Counted from the first letter of the stretch, positions 20,417 to 31,474 are shown. The stretch: 46,780 bases of DNA from Burkholderiales bacterium (GCA_035489775.1 DATHJM010000370.1:1-46780), one strand, 5' to 3'. Numbers and translations are program-made. The notes: generated from the sequence alone by a model not told the origin.

Positions 20417-21637
20417 CTAGACCGCTTGGCCGATCTTGAAGATCGGCAGGTACATCGCGATCACCATGCCGCCGATCAGCACGCCGAGCACCACCATGAT
20501 CATCGGTTCCATCAGGCTGGTAAGGGCGTCAACCGCGTCGTCGACTTCAGCCTCGAAGAAGTCGGCGACCTTGCCGAGCATGGAATCGAGCGCGCCGGAT
20601 TCCTCTCCGATCGACACCATCTGGGTGACCATGTTGGGAAAGACGTTGGCTTCCTGCATCGAAGTCGTCAGGCTCGTCCCGGTGCTCACCTTCCTCTGGA
20701 TCTCCCTGGTGGCCATCATGTAGACGTAGTTTCCCGAAGCGCCGCCGACCGAGTCGAGCGCCTCGACCAGGGGCACGCCCGCAGCGAACATGATGGAGAG
20801 CGTCCGGGTCCAGCGTGCAATGGTGGATTTCCTGATCAGGTCGCCGAAAACCGGCACTTTGAGGATCAGCTTGTCCATGAACACCTGGACCGGCACAGAG
20901 CGCTTCCATAGCGCGAGAAAGCCCCAGACGCCTCCGATGACGGCGGGGAAGATGACGTACCAGTACCTGACGAAAATGTCCGAGATCGCCATGACGACCA
21001 GGGTCGGGGCGGGTAGATCGGCGCCGAAGTTCGAGAACACCTCCTTGAACGCCGGAATCACGAAAATCATGATGACCGCGGTGATGACGAAGGCCACCAC
21101 GATGATCGCGACTGGATAGAACAGGGCCCCCTTGATCTTCGATTTGATGGCGATGATTTTTTCTTTGTAGGTCGCCAGGCGCTCGAGGAGAGTTTCGAGG
21201 ATCCCGGCCTGCTCGCCGGCGGCAACGAGGTTGCAATACAGGGCGTCGAAGTGAAGCGGGTACTTCCGGAACGCCGAGGCGAGCGAGGACCCGGTCTCCA
21301 CGTCGGTCTTGATCCCCATCAGCAATCTCGCCACCGCCGGGTTGGAGTGGCCTTTGCCGACGATGTCGAACGATTGAAGGAGCGGCACGCCGGCCTTCAT
21401 CATCGTCGCCATCTGGCGGGTAAACAGACTGACGTCCTTCTCGCTGACCCTCCCGCCTCTTCCGATTCTCTGCTTGTGTACCTTGATGACGACGATGCCC
21501 TGGCGGCGCAGCGTGACGTTGACCACCGCTTCGCCGCCGGCGCGCATTTGACCCTTGATGACCTTGCCGGACTTGTCCTTGCCTTCCCAAAGGTAGGTGA
21601 TTTCCTTGACCTTGGCGACTGCTGCTGCGGTTGCCAT
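20417..21637 (-). CDS. pilC: Type IV pilus inner-membrane platform protein PilC (GspF family)
   Basis: 406 aa with two GspF repeats (FTRQMATMMKAGVPLLQSF... and WTRTLSIMFAAGVPLVEAL...). GGAGA Shine-Dalgarno lies upstream of the ATG. Confidence 0.94.
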   Translation of the reverse strand: MATAAAVAKVKEITYLWEGKDKSGKVIKGQMRAGGEAVVNVTLRRQGIVVIKVHKQRIGRGGRVSEKDVSLFTRQMATMMKAGVPLLQSFDIVGKGHSNPAVARLLMGIKTDVETGSSLASAFRKYPLHFDALYCNLVAAGEQAGILETLLERLATYKEKIIAIKSKIKGALFYPVAIIVVAFVITAVIMIFVIPAFKEVFSNFGADLPAPTLVVMAISDIFVRYWYVIFPAVIGGVWGFLALWKRSVPVQVFMDKLILKVPVFGDLIRKSTIARWTRTLSIMFAAGVPLVEALDSVGGASGNYVYMMATREIQRKVSTGTSLTTSMQEANVFPNMVTQMVSIGEESGALDSMLGKVADFFEAEVDDAVDALTSLMEPMIMVVLGVLIGGMVIAMYLPIFKIGQAV

Positions 21638-21845
21638 AGCGGTTTCTCCTGCTTCATTCGCCGGTGCAGAGCCTGCGGCTTCCTCGAGCGAAGTCGGGCG
21701 CCTCGCGGACAGTCCCGCGATGATGCATGGGCAGAGCCTCTTTGTAAAGTCTCAGGTATTTTCCGCAATGCATTGAAGACAAGCGTAAATCGACGGCTTT
21801 GCAGACCGTGAATTCCTTCCTTGATCTCGCCGCCCGGACAGCTTC

Positions 21846-23129
21846 TCAGGCGGCTTGCGCGAGGTCGGACAGGCGCGGGCGGAAAAGCCGCACGGTCTTG
21901 ATCAGCCGGCCCTGCGTCTGGACGATCTCCATCGGCACGTCGGCGATCTTGAGCGCGACCCCTGCCGCGGGAATGTCCTGCAGGTGTTCGAGGATGAGGC
22001 CGTTCAAGGTCTTCGGCCCGTCGAGGGGCAGCGCGAGCCCGAGCTTGCGGTTGAGCTCGCGCAGCACGCTCGAGCCCTCCACCAGGGCGCTGCCGTCCTT
22101 GTCCCAGGAATAGATTTCCGATTTCACCGGCGCGGTGGTGGTGAACTCGCCGATGATCTCCTCGATGATGTCCTCGAGGGTCACCAGCCCTTGCAGCTCC
22201 CCGTACTCGTCCACCACCAGAGCGAGGCGCTGATGGTTTTCCTGGAAATACTGGAGCTGCGCGAACAAGGGCGTGCCGGCGGGAACGAAATAGGGTTCAG
22301 CCAGCAGCTCGGCGAGCGCTTTCCGGTCGAACTCTTCCGCGCGCAGCAGGTGCATCACCTTGCGCAGGTGCAGGATTCCGGCGACGTTGCCGAGCTCGCC
22401 CCGATAGGCGGGGAGCCGCGTGTGGTACGCGGTGGTGAGCTGCGCGAGGATGTTTTCGGTGGAGGCCTCCAGATCGATCGCCTCGATCTGTGCCCGGGGC
22501 GTCATCACGTCCTCGATGGTGATCGCTTCGAGGTCGAACAGGTTGATGAGGATGCTCTGGTGCTTCTTCGGCATGAACTGCCCGGACTCGAGCACGAGGA
22601 AGCGCAGCTCCTCCATCGACAGGCGCTGCGGGCCAGGGTCGATCGGGACGCGCAGCAGCCACAGCAGGCACCGGACGAACAGGTTGACGATCCAGAGCAT
22701 CCAGGCCGTTGCTTTGACGAGCGGCTTGAGCACGTAGCTCGCCGCAAGGGCGGTCTGCTCCGGATAGCGCGCGCCGATCACCTTGGGCGTGATCTCGGCG
22801 AACACGAGGATCAATAGGGTCACTACGACGGTGGCGATTCCGAGAACGATCCTGTCGTGACCGAACAGGTCGATGGTCATGACGCTGACGATCATCGTGA
22901 TCGCCGCGTTCACCAGCGTGTTGCCGGCGAGCAGCACCGAAAGCAGCCTGTCGGTCCGGCGCAGCAGCTCGGAGGCGAGCCGCGCACCGCGCTGGCCGGC
23001 GCGCTCGAGCGCGCGCAGGCGATAGCGGTTGATCGCCATCATGCCGGTCTCCGCCATGGCGAAAAATCCGGAGAGGACCAGCAGGAGAGCGAGCGCGGCG
23101 AACTGTATTGCTAAGGGGATCTCGCCCAA
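21846..23129 (-). CDS. CNNM/CorB-type transporter (DUF21 - CBS pair - CorC_HlyC)
   Basis: 427 aa with an N-terminal DUF21 membrane domain (FFAMAETGMMAINRYRL). A CBS region (IEDVMTPR..., LALVVDEYGELQGLVTLEDIIEEIIGEF) and a C-terminal transporter-associated domain follow. It neighbours the YpjD-like gene and ffh, as E. coli yfjD does. Confidence 0.9.
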   Translation of the reverse strand: MGEIPLAIQFAALALLLVLSGFFAMAETGMMAINRYRLRALERAGQRGARLASELLRRTDRLLSVLLAGNTLVNAAITMIVSVMTIDLFGHDRIVLGIATVVVTLLILVFAEITPKVIGARYPEQTALAASYVLKPLVKATAWMLWIVNLFVRCLLWLLRVPIDPGPQRLSMEELRFLVLESGQFMPKKHQSILINLFDLEAITIEDVMTPRAQIEAIDLEASTENILAQLTTAYHTRLPAYRGELGNVAGILHLRKVMHLLRAEEFDRKALAELLAEPYFVPAGTPLFAQLQYFQENHQRLALVVDEYGELQGLVTLEDIIEEIIGEFTTTAPVKSEIYSWDKDGSALVEGSSVLRELNRKLGLALPLDGPKTLNGLILEHLQDIPAAGVALKIADVPMEIVQTQGRLIKTVRLFRPRLSDLAQAA

Positions 23130-23167
23130 GGCGAATGCCTAGGAGACGATGAGGATTCGAGTATAGC

Positions 23168-23992
23168 CTAGGCGAGGCCGCGTCGCAGGATCACCTCGAG
23201 CACGAAACGGCTGCCCACATAGGCGAGCAGGAGCGCCACGAAGCCGGCGAGCGTCCAGCGCAATGCGACGCGCCCGCGCCAGCCGTAGAAATATCGTCCG
23301 GTGAGGAGCGCCGCGAAAATGAACCAGGAGGCTACGGCGAAGACCGTCTTATGGTCGAATTTCATCGCCCGGCCGAAAAGCGTTTCGGAAAAAGCGATTC
23401 CGGTGGCGAGCGTCAAGGTCAGGAATACGAATCCCGCGAGGAGCACACGGAACAGGAGCTGCTCCATGGTGAGAAGCGGCGGCAGCGCTGCGAGCGGCCC
23501 GGCGAGGGCGCCCCCGTGCAGGCGTCGTTCCATCAGCGTCATCAGGAGCGCGTGCAGCGCGGCGATCGTGAACATTCCGTAGGCAATCATCGCGAGCGCG
23601 AGGTGCAGCCGGAACTCGGTCGAATGCGTGTACGCAGGACTGGCGAACCCGGGAAAAAGCGCCGGGAGCGGTGCACACACGGCGGCGAGTGCGAGGACGG
23701 GCGCCTGCATCCCTTCGAGTTCCATGAAGAGGCTCTCGACCCAGTAGATCAGCACCGCGAGCCACAGCATCACGGAAAGGGCGTGCCCGAAACCGAAGCG
23801 CAGCTCGGAATGCGCCCACAGCATGTCGTAGATCAGCCACGTATGCAGCGCGAACGGCGCGAGAATCGCCGTCCGTTCCCAGGGGGCGACGCGGCGCGAC
23901 ACGCTGGCGCCGCGCCAGCGCGTGCGCCAGAAGTGCAAGGCGAGCACCGCGTACAGGAGGAACGCCGCGCCGTAGAGTAGAATCGCCGGCAT
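23168..23992 (-). CDS. Cytochrome c assembly family (CcsA/YpjD-like) inner membrane protein
   Basis: 274 aa, polytopic, Trp-rich (WLAVLIYWVESLF...). It is divergent from ffh, as E. coli ypjD is. Confidence 0.8.
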   Translation of the reverse strand: MPAILLYGAAFLLYAVLALHFWRTRWRGASVSRRVAPWERTAILAPFALHTWLIYDMLWAHSELRFGFGHALSVMLWLAVLIYWVESLFMELEGMQAPVLALAAVCAPLPALFPGFASPAYTHSTEFRLHLALAMIAYGMFTIAALHALLMTLMERRLHGGALAGPLAALPPLLTMEQLLFRVLLAGFVFLTLTLATGIAFSETLFGRAMKFDHKTVFAVASWFIFAALLTGRYFYGWRGRVALRWTLAGFVALLLAYVGSRFVLEVILRRGLA

Positions 23993-24030
23993 CCGCGCAG
24001 TTTACACCACGATTTTTACCACGCCCTCCC

Positions 24031-25380
<1,350 letters not shown>

Positions 25381-25410
25381 CGGTATAGACTGTTAAGAGA
25401 GGGGGATATC

Positions 25411-25917
25411 ATGAACAAATCGATCGCTGCTGGTTTCGCCGTCTTGTTGCTGTTTGGAGCTTCGCAAGCCTGGGCCCAGCAAAGAGGTCCGATCTCGAAG
25501 AAGCTGCTGATCGGAAACTGGACGTACGTTTCAGCCCAGTCCGTGGCCAAGGACGGCACCAAATTCCCGTTGGTGGAGGGCGCGAATCCCAAGGGCCTGC
25601 TCACCTTCGACGGCGTCCGCTTTTCTCAGCAGATCATTTCCGAGTTTCCGAAACTGGCTTCCAACGACCGTCTGAAGACGACGCCGGAGGAAAACAAGGC
25701 CGTCGCGCACGGAGTGCTTTCGTATTACGGGACTTACTCGCTCAGCGAAGCCGACGGGGTCCTGACGCTCAACATCGAGCGCAGCTCGTTCCCCAACCAG
25801 AACGGCGCGTCCTTCAAGCGAGTCATCAAGACTCTGACCGCCGAGGATCTGGTCTACATCAATCCGTCGACGCTGGCAGGCAGAGTCAACACCAACGTCT
25901 GGAAACGGGTCAGGTAA
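25411..25917 (+). CDS. Secreted lipocalin-like domain protein, hypothetical
   Basis: 168 aa with Sec signal peptide MNKSIAAGFAVLLLFGASQAWA-QQ. LIGNWTYVS... then ...GVLSYYGTYSL resembles lipocalin-like (beta-barrel) domain families. GAGGGGGA Shine-Dalgarno. Visibly lower GC than its neighbours. Confidence 0.6.
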   Translation: MNKSIAAGFAVLLLFGASQAWAQQRGPISKKLLIGNWTYVSAQSVAKDGTKFPLVEGANPKGLLTFDGVRFSQQIISEFPKLASNDRLKTTPEENKAVAHGVLSYYGTYSLSEADGVLTLNIERSSFPNQNGASFKRVIKTLTAEDLVYINPSTLAGRVNTNVWKRVR

Positions 25918-25938
25918 TTGCAAGAGGACCGTTTTCCC

Positions 25939-25968
25939 TTGCCAACCTCGCCTAAGCTCGCGTAAAAT
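25939..25968 (+). promoter_or_regulatory. Putative sigma70 promoter of the rpsP-rimM-trmD-rplS operon
   Basis: TTGCCA (25939-25944), an 18-nt spacer, then TAAAAT (25963-25968), about 30 nt upstream of the rpsP ATG. Confidence 0.45.
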
Positions 25969-25997
25969 CACGCCCTTTTCGGCTTCGGTCATTCCTC

Positions 25998-26261
25998 ATG
26001 GTTGTGATTCGTCTTTCGCGCGGCGGCGCCAAGAAACGGCCCTTTTTCAATGTGGTGGTCGCCGATTCGCGCAGGGCCGCCGGCAAGCTCTTCATCGAGC
26101 GCGTCGGGTTCTACGATCCGAAGGCGCCCAAGGGCCGCGAGTCTCTGCGTTTCGCGACCGACCGGCTGACGTATTGGCGCGGCAAGGGCGCACAGCTCAG
26201 CCCGACCGTGGCCCGCCTGCTGAAGGGCTACAAGGCGCCGGCTGAAGCTGCGGCAAAGTAG
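25998..26261 (+). CDS. rpsP: 30S ribosomal protein S16
   Basis: 87 aa reading [25 protein letters not shown]. Confidence 0.97.
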   Translation: MVVIRLSRGGAKKRPFFNVVVADSRRAAGKLFIERVGFYDPKAPKGRESLRFATDRLTYWRGKGAQLSPTVARLLKGYKAPAEAAAK

Positions 26262-26783
26262 TTGCGGGGCGGGTTGGCGACGCCAACCAGGTGGGTGGTG
26301 ATGGGGCGCGTGATGGCGCCCTGGGGCGTAAAGGGGGCGCTGAAGATCCAGCCCTTCGGCGCCGGAAGCGGCAACCTCTGCAAGTATTCCGCGTGGTGGG
26401 TCGGCAGGCCGGGGAAGCTCAGTGAGGTCGCAGTGGCGGAGTGCCGCGCGCACGGCGCCTATCTGGTGGCGCGCTTCGAAGGATGCAACGATCCGGAGCA
26501 GGCCGGGGCGTACCGCGGAGCCGAGGTGGCGCTCAGGCGCGAGGATCTGCCGAGGCCGGCGGAGCACGAGTTCTACCAGGTCGATCTGATCGGCCTCGAA
26601 GTGGTAAACGGGCAGGGCGAACGTCTGGGCCGCGTGGCGGGATTCATCACCACCGGCGCGAACGATGTGATGCGCGTCGAGCACGAAGGCGGAGAGCGCC
26701 TCGTACCGGCGAGGGCGGAAGTGATCCGCAAAGTCGATCTGGCCGCAGGAACGGTCGAAGTCGACTGGGGAGTGGACTGGTGA
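26262..26783 (+). CDS. rimM: Ribosome maturation factor RimM
   Basis: [21 protein letters not shown] and a PRC-barrel C-terminus, positioned between rpsP and trmD. The start is uncertain: TTG 26262 or ATG 26301. Confidence 0.9.
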   Translation: MRGGLATPTRWVVMGRVMAPWGVKGALKIQPFGAGSGNLCKYSAWWVGRPGKLSEVAVAECRAHGAYLVARFEGCNDPEQAGAYRGAEVALRREDLPRPAEHEFYQVDLIGLEVVNGQGERLGRVAGFITTGANDVMRVEHEGGERLVPARAEVIRKVDLAAGTVEVDWGVDW

Positions 26784-27535
26784 TCCGCTTCGATTGCGTG
26801 ACGCTGTTTCCCGAGGCGTTCGCGGCGGTCACGGGCTCTGGCGTTACGCGCCGGGCGCTGGAGCAGGGATTGTGGAACCTCGCGCTGTGGAATCCGCGCG
26901 ATTTCACGACGGACAATTACCGCACGGTCGACGACAGGCCGTACGGGGGCGGGCCCGGCATGGTGATGCTCGCCGAGCCGCTGGAGAAAGCGATCGCCGC
27001 GGCGAAGGCCGCGGCGCAAGGCGAGGCGAAAGTAATCCATCTCTCGCCTCAAGGGCCGGTGATGGACCACCGCAAGGTAATGGAGTTGGCGGAGGGGGCG
27101 CGGTGGGTGTTGCTGTGTGGACGCTACGAGGGCGTGGACGAGCGCCTCGTCCGTCGCAGTGTGGATGAGGAGCTGTCGATCGGCGACTACGTCATCTCCG
27201 GCGGCGAGCTCGCGGCGATGGTGCTGATCGACGCGGTGGTGCGGCAGTTGCCCGGCGCGCTCGGGGACGGGCTGTCGGCCGAGCAGGACTCGTTCGTGAA
27301 CGGGCTCCTCGACTGCCCGCAGTACACGCGGCCGGAAACGTACGCGGGCGAGGCGGTGCCGCCGGTGCTGCTCTCGGGCCACCATGCGCAGATCGAGCGC
27401 TGGCGGCTGAAGCAGTCGCTCGGCCGTACCTGGCTGCGCAGGCCGGAGCTGCTCGAGCGGCGCGGGATGAGCGAGACGGAACGCAAACTGCTTGAAGAGT
27501 TCAGGCAGGAATTGAGCGAAGGAGCGAAGCGATGA
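26780..27535 (+). CDS. trmD: tRNA (guanine37-N1)-methyltransferase
   Basis: The GTG at 26780 overlaps the rimM stop (GTGA). [14 protein letters not shown]...[13 protein letters not shown]...[11 protein letters not shown]...[21 protein letters not shown]. The upstream part of the track ORF (26441-) overlaps rimM out of frame. Confidence 0.95.
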   Translation: MIRFDCVTLFPEAFAAVTGSGVTRRALEQGLWNLALWNPRDFTTDNYRTVDDRPYGGGPGMVMLAEPLEKAIAAAKAAAQGEAKVIHLSPQGPVMDHRKVMELAEGARWVLLCGRYEGVDERLVRRSVDEELSIGDYVISGGELAAMVLIDAVVRQLPGALGDGLSAEQDSFVNGLLDCPQYTRPETYAGEAVPPVLLSGHHAQIERWRLKQSLGRTWLRRPELLERRGMSETERKLLEEFRQELSEGAKR

Positions 27536-27909
27536 ACATCATTCAAAAGCTCGAAGAGGAAGAAATCAAGCGCATGGGGAAGAAGCTCCCCGAGTTTTCG
27601 CCGGGCGACACGGTGATCGTCAACGTCGGCGTCGTCGAAGGCGAGCGCAAGCGCGTGCAGGCCTACGAGGGCGTGGTCATCGCCAAGAGGAACCGCGGAA
27701 TCAATTCCTCGTTTACCGTGCGCAAGGTGTCCTCGGGCGAGGGCGTAGAGCGCACCTTCCAGACCTATTCCCCGCTGATCGACTCGATCGAGCTGAAGCG
27801 CAAAGGCGCCGTGCGCCGCGCCAAGCTCTATTACATGCGCCAGCGCTCGGGCAAGAGCGCGCGCATACGCGAGAAAATCGAAGGCCACGAGCCGGGCGGC
27901 GAGCAGTAA
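27532..27909 (+). CDS. rplS: 50S ribosomal protein L19
   Basis: 125 aa with [27 protein letters not shown] and RRAKLYYMR. Confidence 0.97.
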   Translation: MNIIQKLEEEEIKRMGKKLPEFSPGDTVIVNVGVVEGERKRVQAYEGVVIAKRNRGINSSFTVRKVSSGEGVERTFQTYSPLIDSIELKRKGAVRRAKLYYMRQRSGKSARIREKIEGHEPGGEQ

Positions 27910-27920
27910 GCGCAGTACAT

Positions 27921-27955
27921 CCCCTCCTCGGAGAGGAGGGGTGCCCCGAAGGGGC
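27921..27955 (+). terminator. Tandem GC-rich stem-loops after rplS (terminator-like, no U-tract)
   Basis: CCCCTCCTC-GGA-GAGGAGGGG (27921-27941) is followed by GCCCC-GAA-GGGGC (27943-27955). Confidence 0.35.
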
Positions 27956-28014
27956 GGGGAGGCGGGTTCCTGCTGGAACGGTGCAGAGCCGATAGGCGTA
28001 AAATTCACGCTCCC

Positions 28015-29124
28015 ATGAGCCTCAATTCGATTCAGGAAATCATCGATGAGCTGAAGGCCGGCCGCATGGCCGTGCTCGTCGACGACGAGGACCGCGAGAA
28101 CGAGGGCGATCTCATTTTCGCCGCGGAGTTCGTCACCGCGGAAAAAATCAATTTCATGGCTAAGTTCGGCCGCGGCCTCGTCTGCATGCCGATCACCGAG
28201 GCGCACGCCGAGCGGCTGAACCTGCTGCCTATGGTGGCGCGCAACCGTTCCGTGCACGGCACGAATTTCACGGTGTCCATCGAAGCGGCTTCCGGCGTGA
28301 CCACGGGCATCTCCGCGGCCGACCGGGCGCACACCATCAAGGTGGCGGCGTCCTCCAGGGCGACCCCCGCGGACATCGTCCAGCCGGGCCACGTGTTCCC
28401 GCTCATCGCCCAGAACGGCGGGGTGCTGGTGCGCGCCGGCCACACCGAGGCCTGCTGCGACCTTGCGCAGCTCGCCGGACTTCATCCGGCGGCGGTGCTG
28501 TGCGAGGTCATGAAGGACGACGGAAGCATGGCGCGGCTGCCCGACCTGATCGAGTTCTCGAAACATCACGGGCTCAAGATCGGCTCGATCGCCGACCTGA
28601 TCCACTTTCGAAGCCGGAACGAATCGCTGGTGAAGCGGGTCACCGAGCGCGTGATCGAGACGCGCTTCGGGCCGTTCCGGCTGATCGCCTACCTGGAAAA
28701 GCTGAGCGGGGAGACCCAGCTCGCGTTCGTCCGGGGCGAGATCACGCCCGACAGGGAAACGCTGGTGCGCGTGCATGCGCCGCTGTCCGTGCTCGATCTC
28801 CTCGAGGCAGGCCCCCGGGCGCACTCCTGGTCGGTGCCCGACGCGCTCGAGCGCATCGCCACCGAAGGCAAAGGCGTCATGGTGCTGCTCAACTGCGCGG
28901 AGAGCGCGTCCCAGCTGATCGAGCGCGTCGCATCGCCCGAGCGGCCCCAGGGGTCGTCGAAGATGGATTTCCTCACCTACGGGATTGGCGCGCAGATCCT
29001 GCGCGATCTCAAGGTCGGCAAGATGCGTCTTATGGCCTCGCCCCGCAAGATGCCGAGCATGGCCGGATGGGAGCTGGAGATCGCCGGCTACGTCGAAAAG
29101 GCCGCCAGAGTGCGGGACGGCTGA
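28015..29124 (+). CDS. ribB: 3,4-dihydroxy-2-butanone-4-phosphate synthase fused to a degenerate GTP cyclohydrolase II-like domain (RibBX-type)
   Basis: 369 aa. The N-terminal half is RibB ([35 protein letters not shown]). The C-terminal half has a RibA-like fold pattern, but the zinc-binding Cys cluster region reads [20 protein letters not shown] with no cysteines. Confidence 0.9.
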   Translation: MSLNSIQEIIDELKAGRMAVLVDDEDRENEGDLIFAAEFVTAEKINFMAKFGRGLVCMPITEAHAERLNLLPMVARNRSVHGTNFTVSIEAASGVTTGISAADRAHTIKVAASSRATPADIVQPGHVFPLIAQNGGVLVRAGHTEACCDLAQLAGLHPAAVLCEVMKDDGSMARLPDLIEFSKHHGLKIGSIADLIHFRSRNESLVKRVTERVIETRFGPFRLIAYLEKLSGETQLAFVRGEITPDRETLVRVHAPLSVLDLLEAGPRAHSWSVPDALERIATEGKGVMVLLNCAESASQLIERVASPERPQGSSKMDFLTYGIGAQILRDLKVGKMRLMASPRKMPSMAGWELEIAGYVEKAARVRDG

Positions 29125-29582
29125 TGGCGGAGATCAAGCCCGACTCGGGCGGGGAGGGCATGCGGGTCGGGATCGTGCGCTCCCGCTTCAACGAGCGCAT
29201 CGGCGTCGCGATGCTCGAGGCCTGCCGCAAGCGGCTCGGCGAATTGGGCGTCAGCGCGCTCACGGTGGTCAGCGTGCCGGGTGCGCTCGAAGCGCCGCTC
29301 GCCCTGCAGAATCTCGCGAACACTGAAAAATACGACGCGCTGATCGCGCTCGGCGCGGTGATCCGCGGCGAAACCCATCACTTCGAGATCGTCGCGGACG
29401 AGTCCGCATCGGGCCTCATGCAGGTGCAGCTCGACAGCGGCATCCCGGTCGCAAACGGAATTCTCACCACCGATACCGAGAAGCAGGCCGAGGCGCGCGC
29501 CGCGAAAAAAGGCCGGGACTGCGCCGAGGTCGCCGTGGAAATGGCGAACCTCGGCAAGAGCATCGCAAAGAGCCACAAATGA
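29124..29582 (+). CDS. ribH: 6,7-dimethyl-8-ribityllumazine synthase
   Basis: The ATG at 29124 overlaps the ribB stop (TGATG). [14 protein letters not shown]..., [23 protein letters not shown]. The upstream part of the track ORF 28500- is out of frame inside ribB. Confidence 0.94.
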   Translation: MAEIKPDSGGEGMRVGIVRSRFNERIGVAMLEACRKRLGELGVSALTVVSVPGALEAPLALQNLANTEKYDALIALGAVIRGETHHFEIVADESASGLMQVQLDSGIPVANGILTTDTEKQAEARAAKKGRDCAEVAVEMANLGKSIAKSHK

Positions 29583-30001
29583 AATCGGCGCGGCGCCGTT
29601 CGCGCGAGCTCGCACTTCAGGGCTTGTACGCGTGGCAGATCGCGGGCGACAACGCGGAAGACCTGCAATCCCATCTTGCCGAATCCAAGAGCTTTGGCAA
29701 GGCCGACACCAAGTATTTCGCGCGGCTCCTGCAGGGCACGATCGAGGACGCAGCGGAGCTCGAGCGCCTGATCGCGCCGCTGCTCGATCGCAAGCTCAAG
29801 GAGCTCTCGCCGGTTGAGCGCGGCATCCTGCTGCTTGCGGCGTTCGAGCTGAAAAACGCGACCGATATTCCCTACAAGGTGGTGATCAACGAGGCGATCG
29901 AGCTCGCCAAGGACTTCGGCGGCACCGACGGCCACAAGTACGTGAACGGCGTGCTCGACAAGCTCGTGTCCGAACTGCGCCCGCAGGAGAGGAAAACCTG
30001 A
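29579..30001 (+). CDS. nusB: Transcription antitermination factor NusB
   Basis: 140 aa reading [17 protein letters not shown]..., [28 protein letters not shown]. Confidence 0.95.
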   Translation: MKSARRRSRELALQGLYAWQIAGDNAEDLQSHLAESKSFGKADTKYFARLLQGTIEDAAELERLIAPLLDRKLKELSPVERGILLLAAFELKNATDIPYKVVINEAIELAKDFGGTDGHKYVNGVLDKLVSELRPQERKT

Positions 30002-30005
30002 AGGC

Positions 30006-30965
30006 GTGGCTTCCGAGTTCGACATCATCCGCAAATACTTCACCCGGCCCGCACCGAGCGCGGCGCTGGGGGTGGGCGACGACTGCGCGCTCGTCCGGCC
30101 CGACCCCGGAATGCTGCTCGCCGTTTCGACCGACATGCTGACGGCCGGAACCCATTTCTTCCCGGACGCCGAACCGGGGAAGCTCGGGCACAAGGCGCTC
30201 GCGGTCAACCTCTCGGATCTTGCCGCGATGGGCGCCGGCCCGCGTTGGGCCACGCTCGCGATCGCGCTGCCGGAGGCCGACGAGAAGTGGATCGCCGCGT
30301 TCGCGGAAGGCTTCTTCCGGCTCGCCGGCCGCTGGAGAACCGAGCTCGTCGGCGGGGACACGACCAGAGGGCCCCTCACGATCTCGGTGACCGTGATGGG
30401 CGAGGTGCCGGCGGATTTCGTCCTGCGCCGCGACGCGGCGCTCGCCGGGGACGATATCTGGCTTTCGGGCGCGACCGGAGAGGCGGCGCTCGCGCTCGCT
30501 CACCTGAAGGGGCGCGTGAAGCTCGAAGGCGCCGCTCTCGAAGCCTGCCTCACCCGGCTGCACATGCCCGAGCCGCGCGTCGAGCTTGGCCGGCGGCTGC
30601 GCGGGCTTGCGCGCAGCGCAATCGACGTCTCCGACGGACTGCTCGCCGATCTGGGCCATATCCTGGAAGCGTCCGGCGTGGGTGCGGATCTCCTATGGGA
30701 CAGCCTCCCGCGCGCAAGGGCGATCGCCGGCTGCCCCGACAAAGCTCTTGCCGACGACTGCCTGCTCGCCGGTGGCGATGATTACGAGCTGCTGTTCACT
30801 GCGCCGGCGTCCAGGCGCGCGCAGATCGAAGCTGTGGGAAAGTCTCTCGAAATCCCGCTCGCCCTTATCGGCGTCGCGGTTCCGGGCGATCCGGTGGCGA
30901 GGCTGCGAGACGCCCGCGGCACGCTCGTATCCAGTCCGCGCAAGGGTTTCGATCACTTCGCATGA
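30006..30965 (+). CDS. thiL: Thiamine-monophosphate kinase
   Basis: 319 aa from a GTG start, with GVGDDCALV, AVNLSDLAAMGA, GGDTTRGP and GGDDYELLFT. Confidence 0.93.
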   Translation: MASEFDIIRKYFTRPAPSAALGVGDDCALVRPDPGMLLAVSTDMLTAGTHFFPDAEPGKLGHKALAVNLSDLAAMGAGPRWATLAIALPEADEKWIAAFAEGFFRLAGRWRTELVGGDTTRGPLTISVTVMGEVPADFVLRRDAALAGDDIWLSGATGEAALALAHLKGRVKLEGAALEACLTRLHMPEPRVELGRRLRGLARSAIDVSDGLLADLGHILEASGVGADLLWDSLPRARAIAGCPDKALADDCLLAGGDDYELLFTAPASRRAQIEAVGKSLEIPLALIGVAVPGDPVARLRDARGTLVSSPRKGFDHFA

Positions 30966-31474
30966 TCCTTCGGCTCACCCCCCGTTTCGTCTTCGCCCAC
31001 CCGGCCCACTTCATCGCGCTCGGGTTCGGAACGGGGCTCGCGCCGCTCGCCCCGGGCACCGTGGGCACGCTGCTCGCGTTTCCGCTTTTCATTCTGCTCG
31101 ACTGGCTGCTGCCGCCGCGGGCTCTCTTCGGGGCCATCGTTCCGCTGTATTTTTTCGGGGTCATCGTCGTTTTCTTCGTAATCGGGGTTTGGGCGTGCGG
31201 GCGCACCGGACGCGATCTCGGCATCGCCGATCACAGCGCCATGAATTGGGACGAAGTGGTCGCGATGCTGCTGATCCTGCTGTTCACACCGCCGGGCTGG
31301 GCCTGGTGGGCCTTTGCGTTCTTCGCGTTCCGCTTCTTCGACGTGGTCAAGCCTCCGCCGATCCGCCAGATCGACCGCGCGATGAAAGGGGGCCTGGGCG
31401 TGATGTTCGACGACATCATGGCGGCGTTCTATACCCTGCTCCTTATCGCTCTCGTGAAAAGAATTCTCGGTTGA
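30962..31474 (+). CDS. pgpA: Phosphatidylglycerophosphatase A
   Basis: 170 aa with GFGTGLAPLAPGTVGTL, FRFFDVVKPPPIR and DDIMAAFYT. The ATG overlaps the thiL stop. Confidence 0.93.
   Translation: MILRLTPRFVFAHPAHFIALGFGTGLAPLAPGTVGTLLAFPLFILLDWLLPPRALFGAIVPLYFFGVIVVFFVIGVWACGRTGRDLGIADHSAMNWDEVVAMLLILLFTPPGWAWWAFAFFAFRFFDVVKPPPIRQIDRAMKGGLGVMFDDIMAAFYTLLLIALVKRILG

Noticed and set aside
21638-21845. Remnant of pilB or a small gene in the 208-bp spacer upstream of pilC
   Set aside because: No frame gives ATPase-like sequence (no Walker or Asp/His box, no CxxC pairs). The only ORF here (21400..21768 minus) overlaps pilC out of frame and is Arg/Ser-rich junk.
27956-28014. FMN (RFN) riboswitch upstream of the riboflavin operon
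   Set aside because: The whole rplS-ribB spacer is only about 105 nt. It lacks the conserved RFN core (GGGTGAAATTCC...CCGACAG-like segments), so only generic GC hairpins are present.
27187-28824. 545-aa minus-strand ORF spanning trmD, rplS and ribB, and similar ones at 29378..30379, 33109..34281, 34278..35171, 43669..44799 and 45203..46630
   Set aside because: Each is antisense to well-supported genes, and some cross intergenic terminator-like hairpins. There is no motif support.
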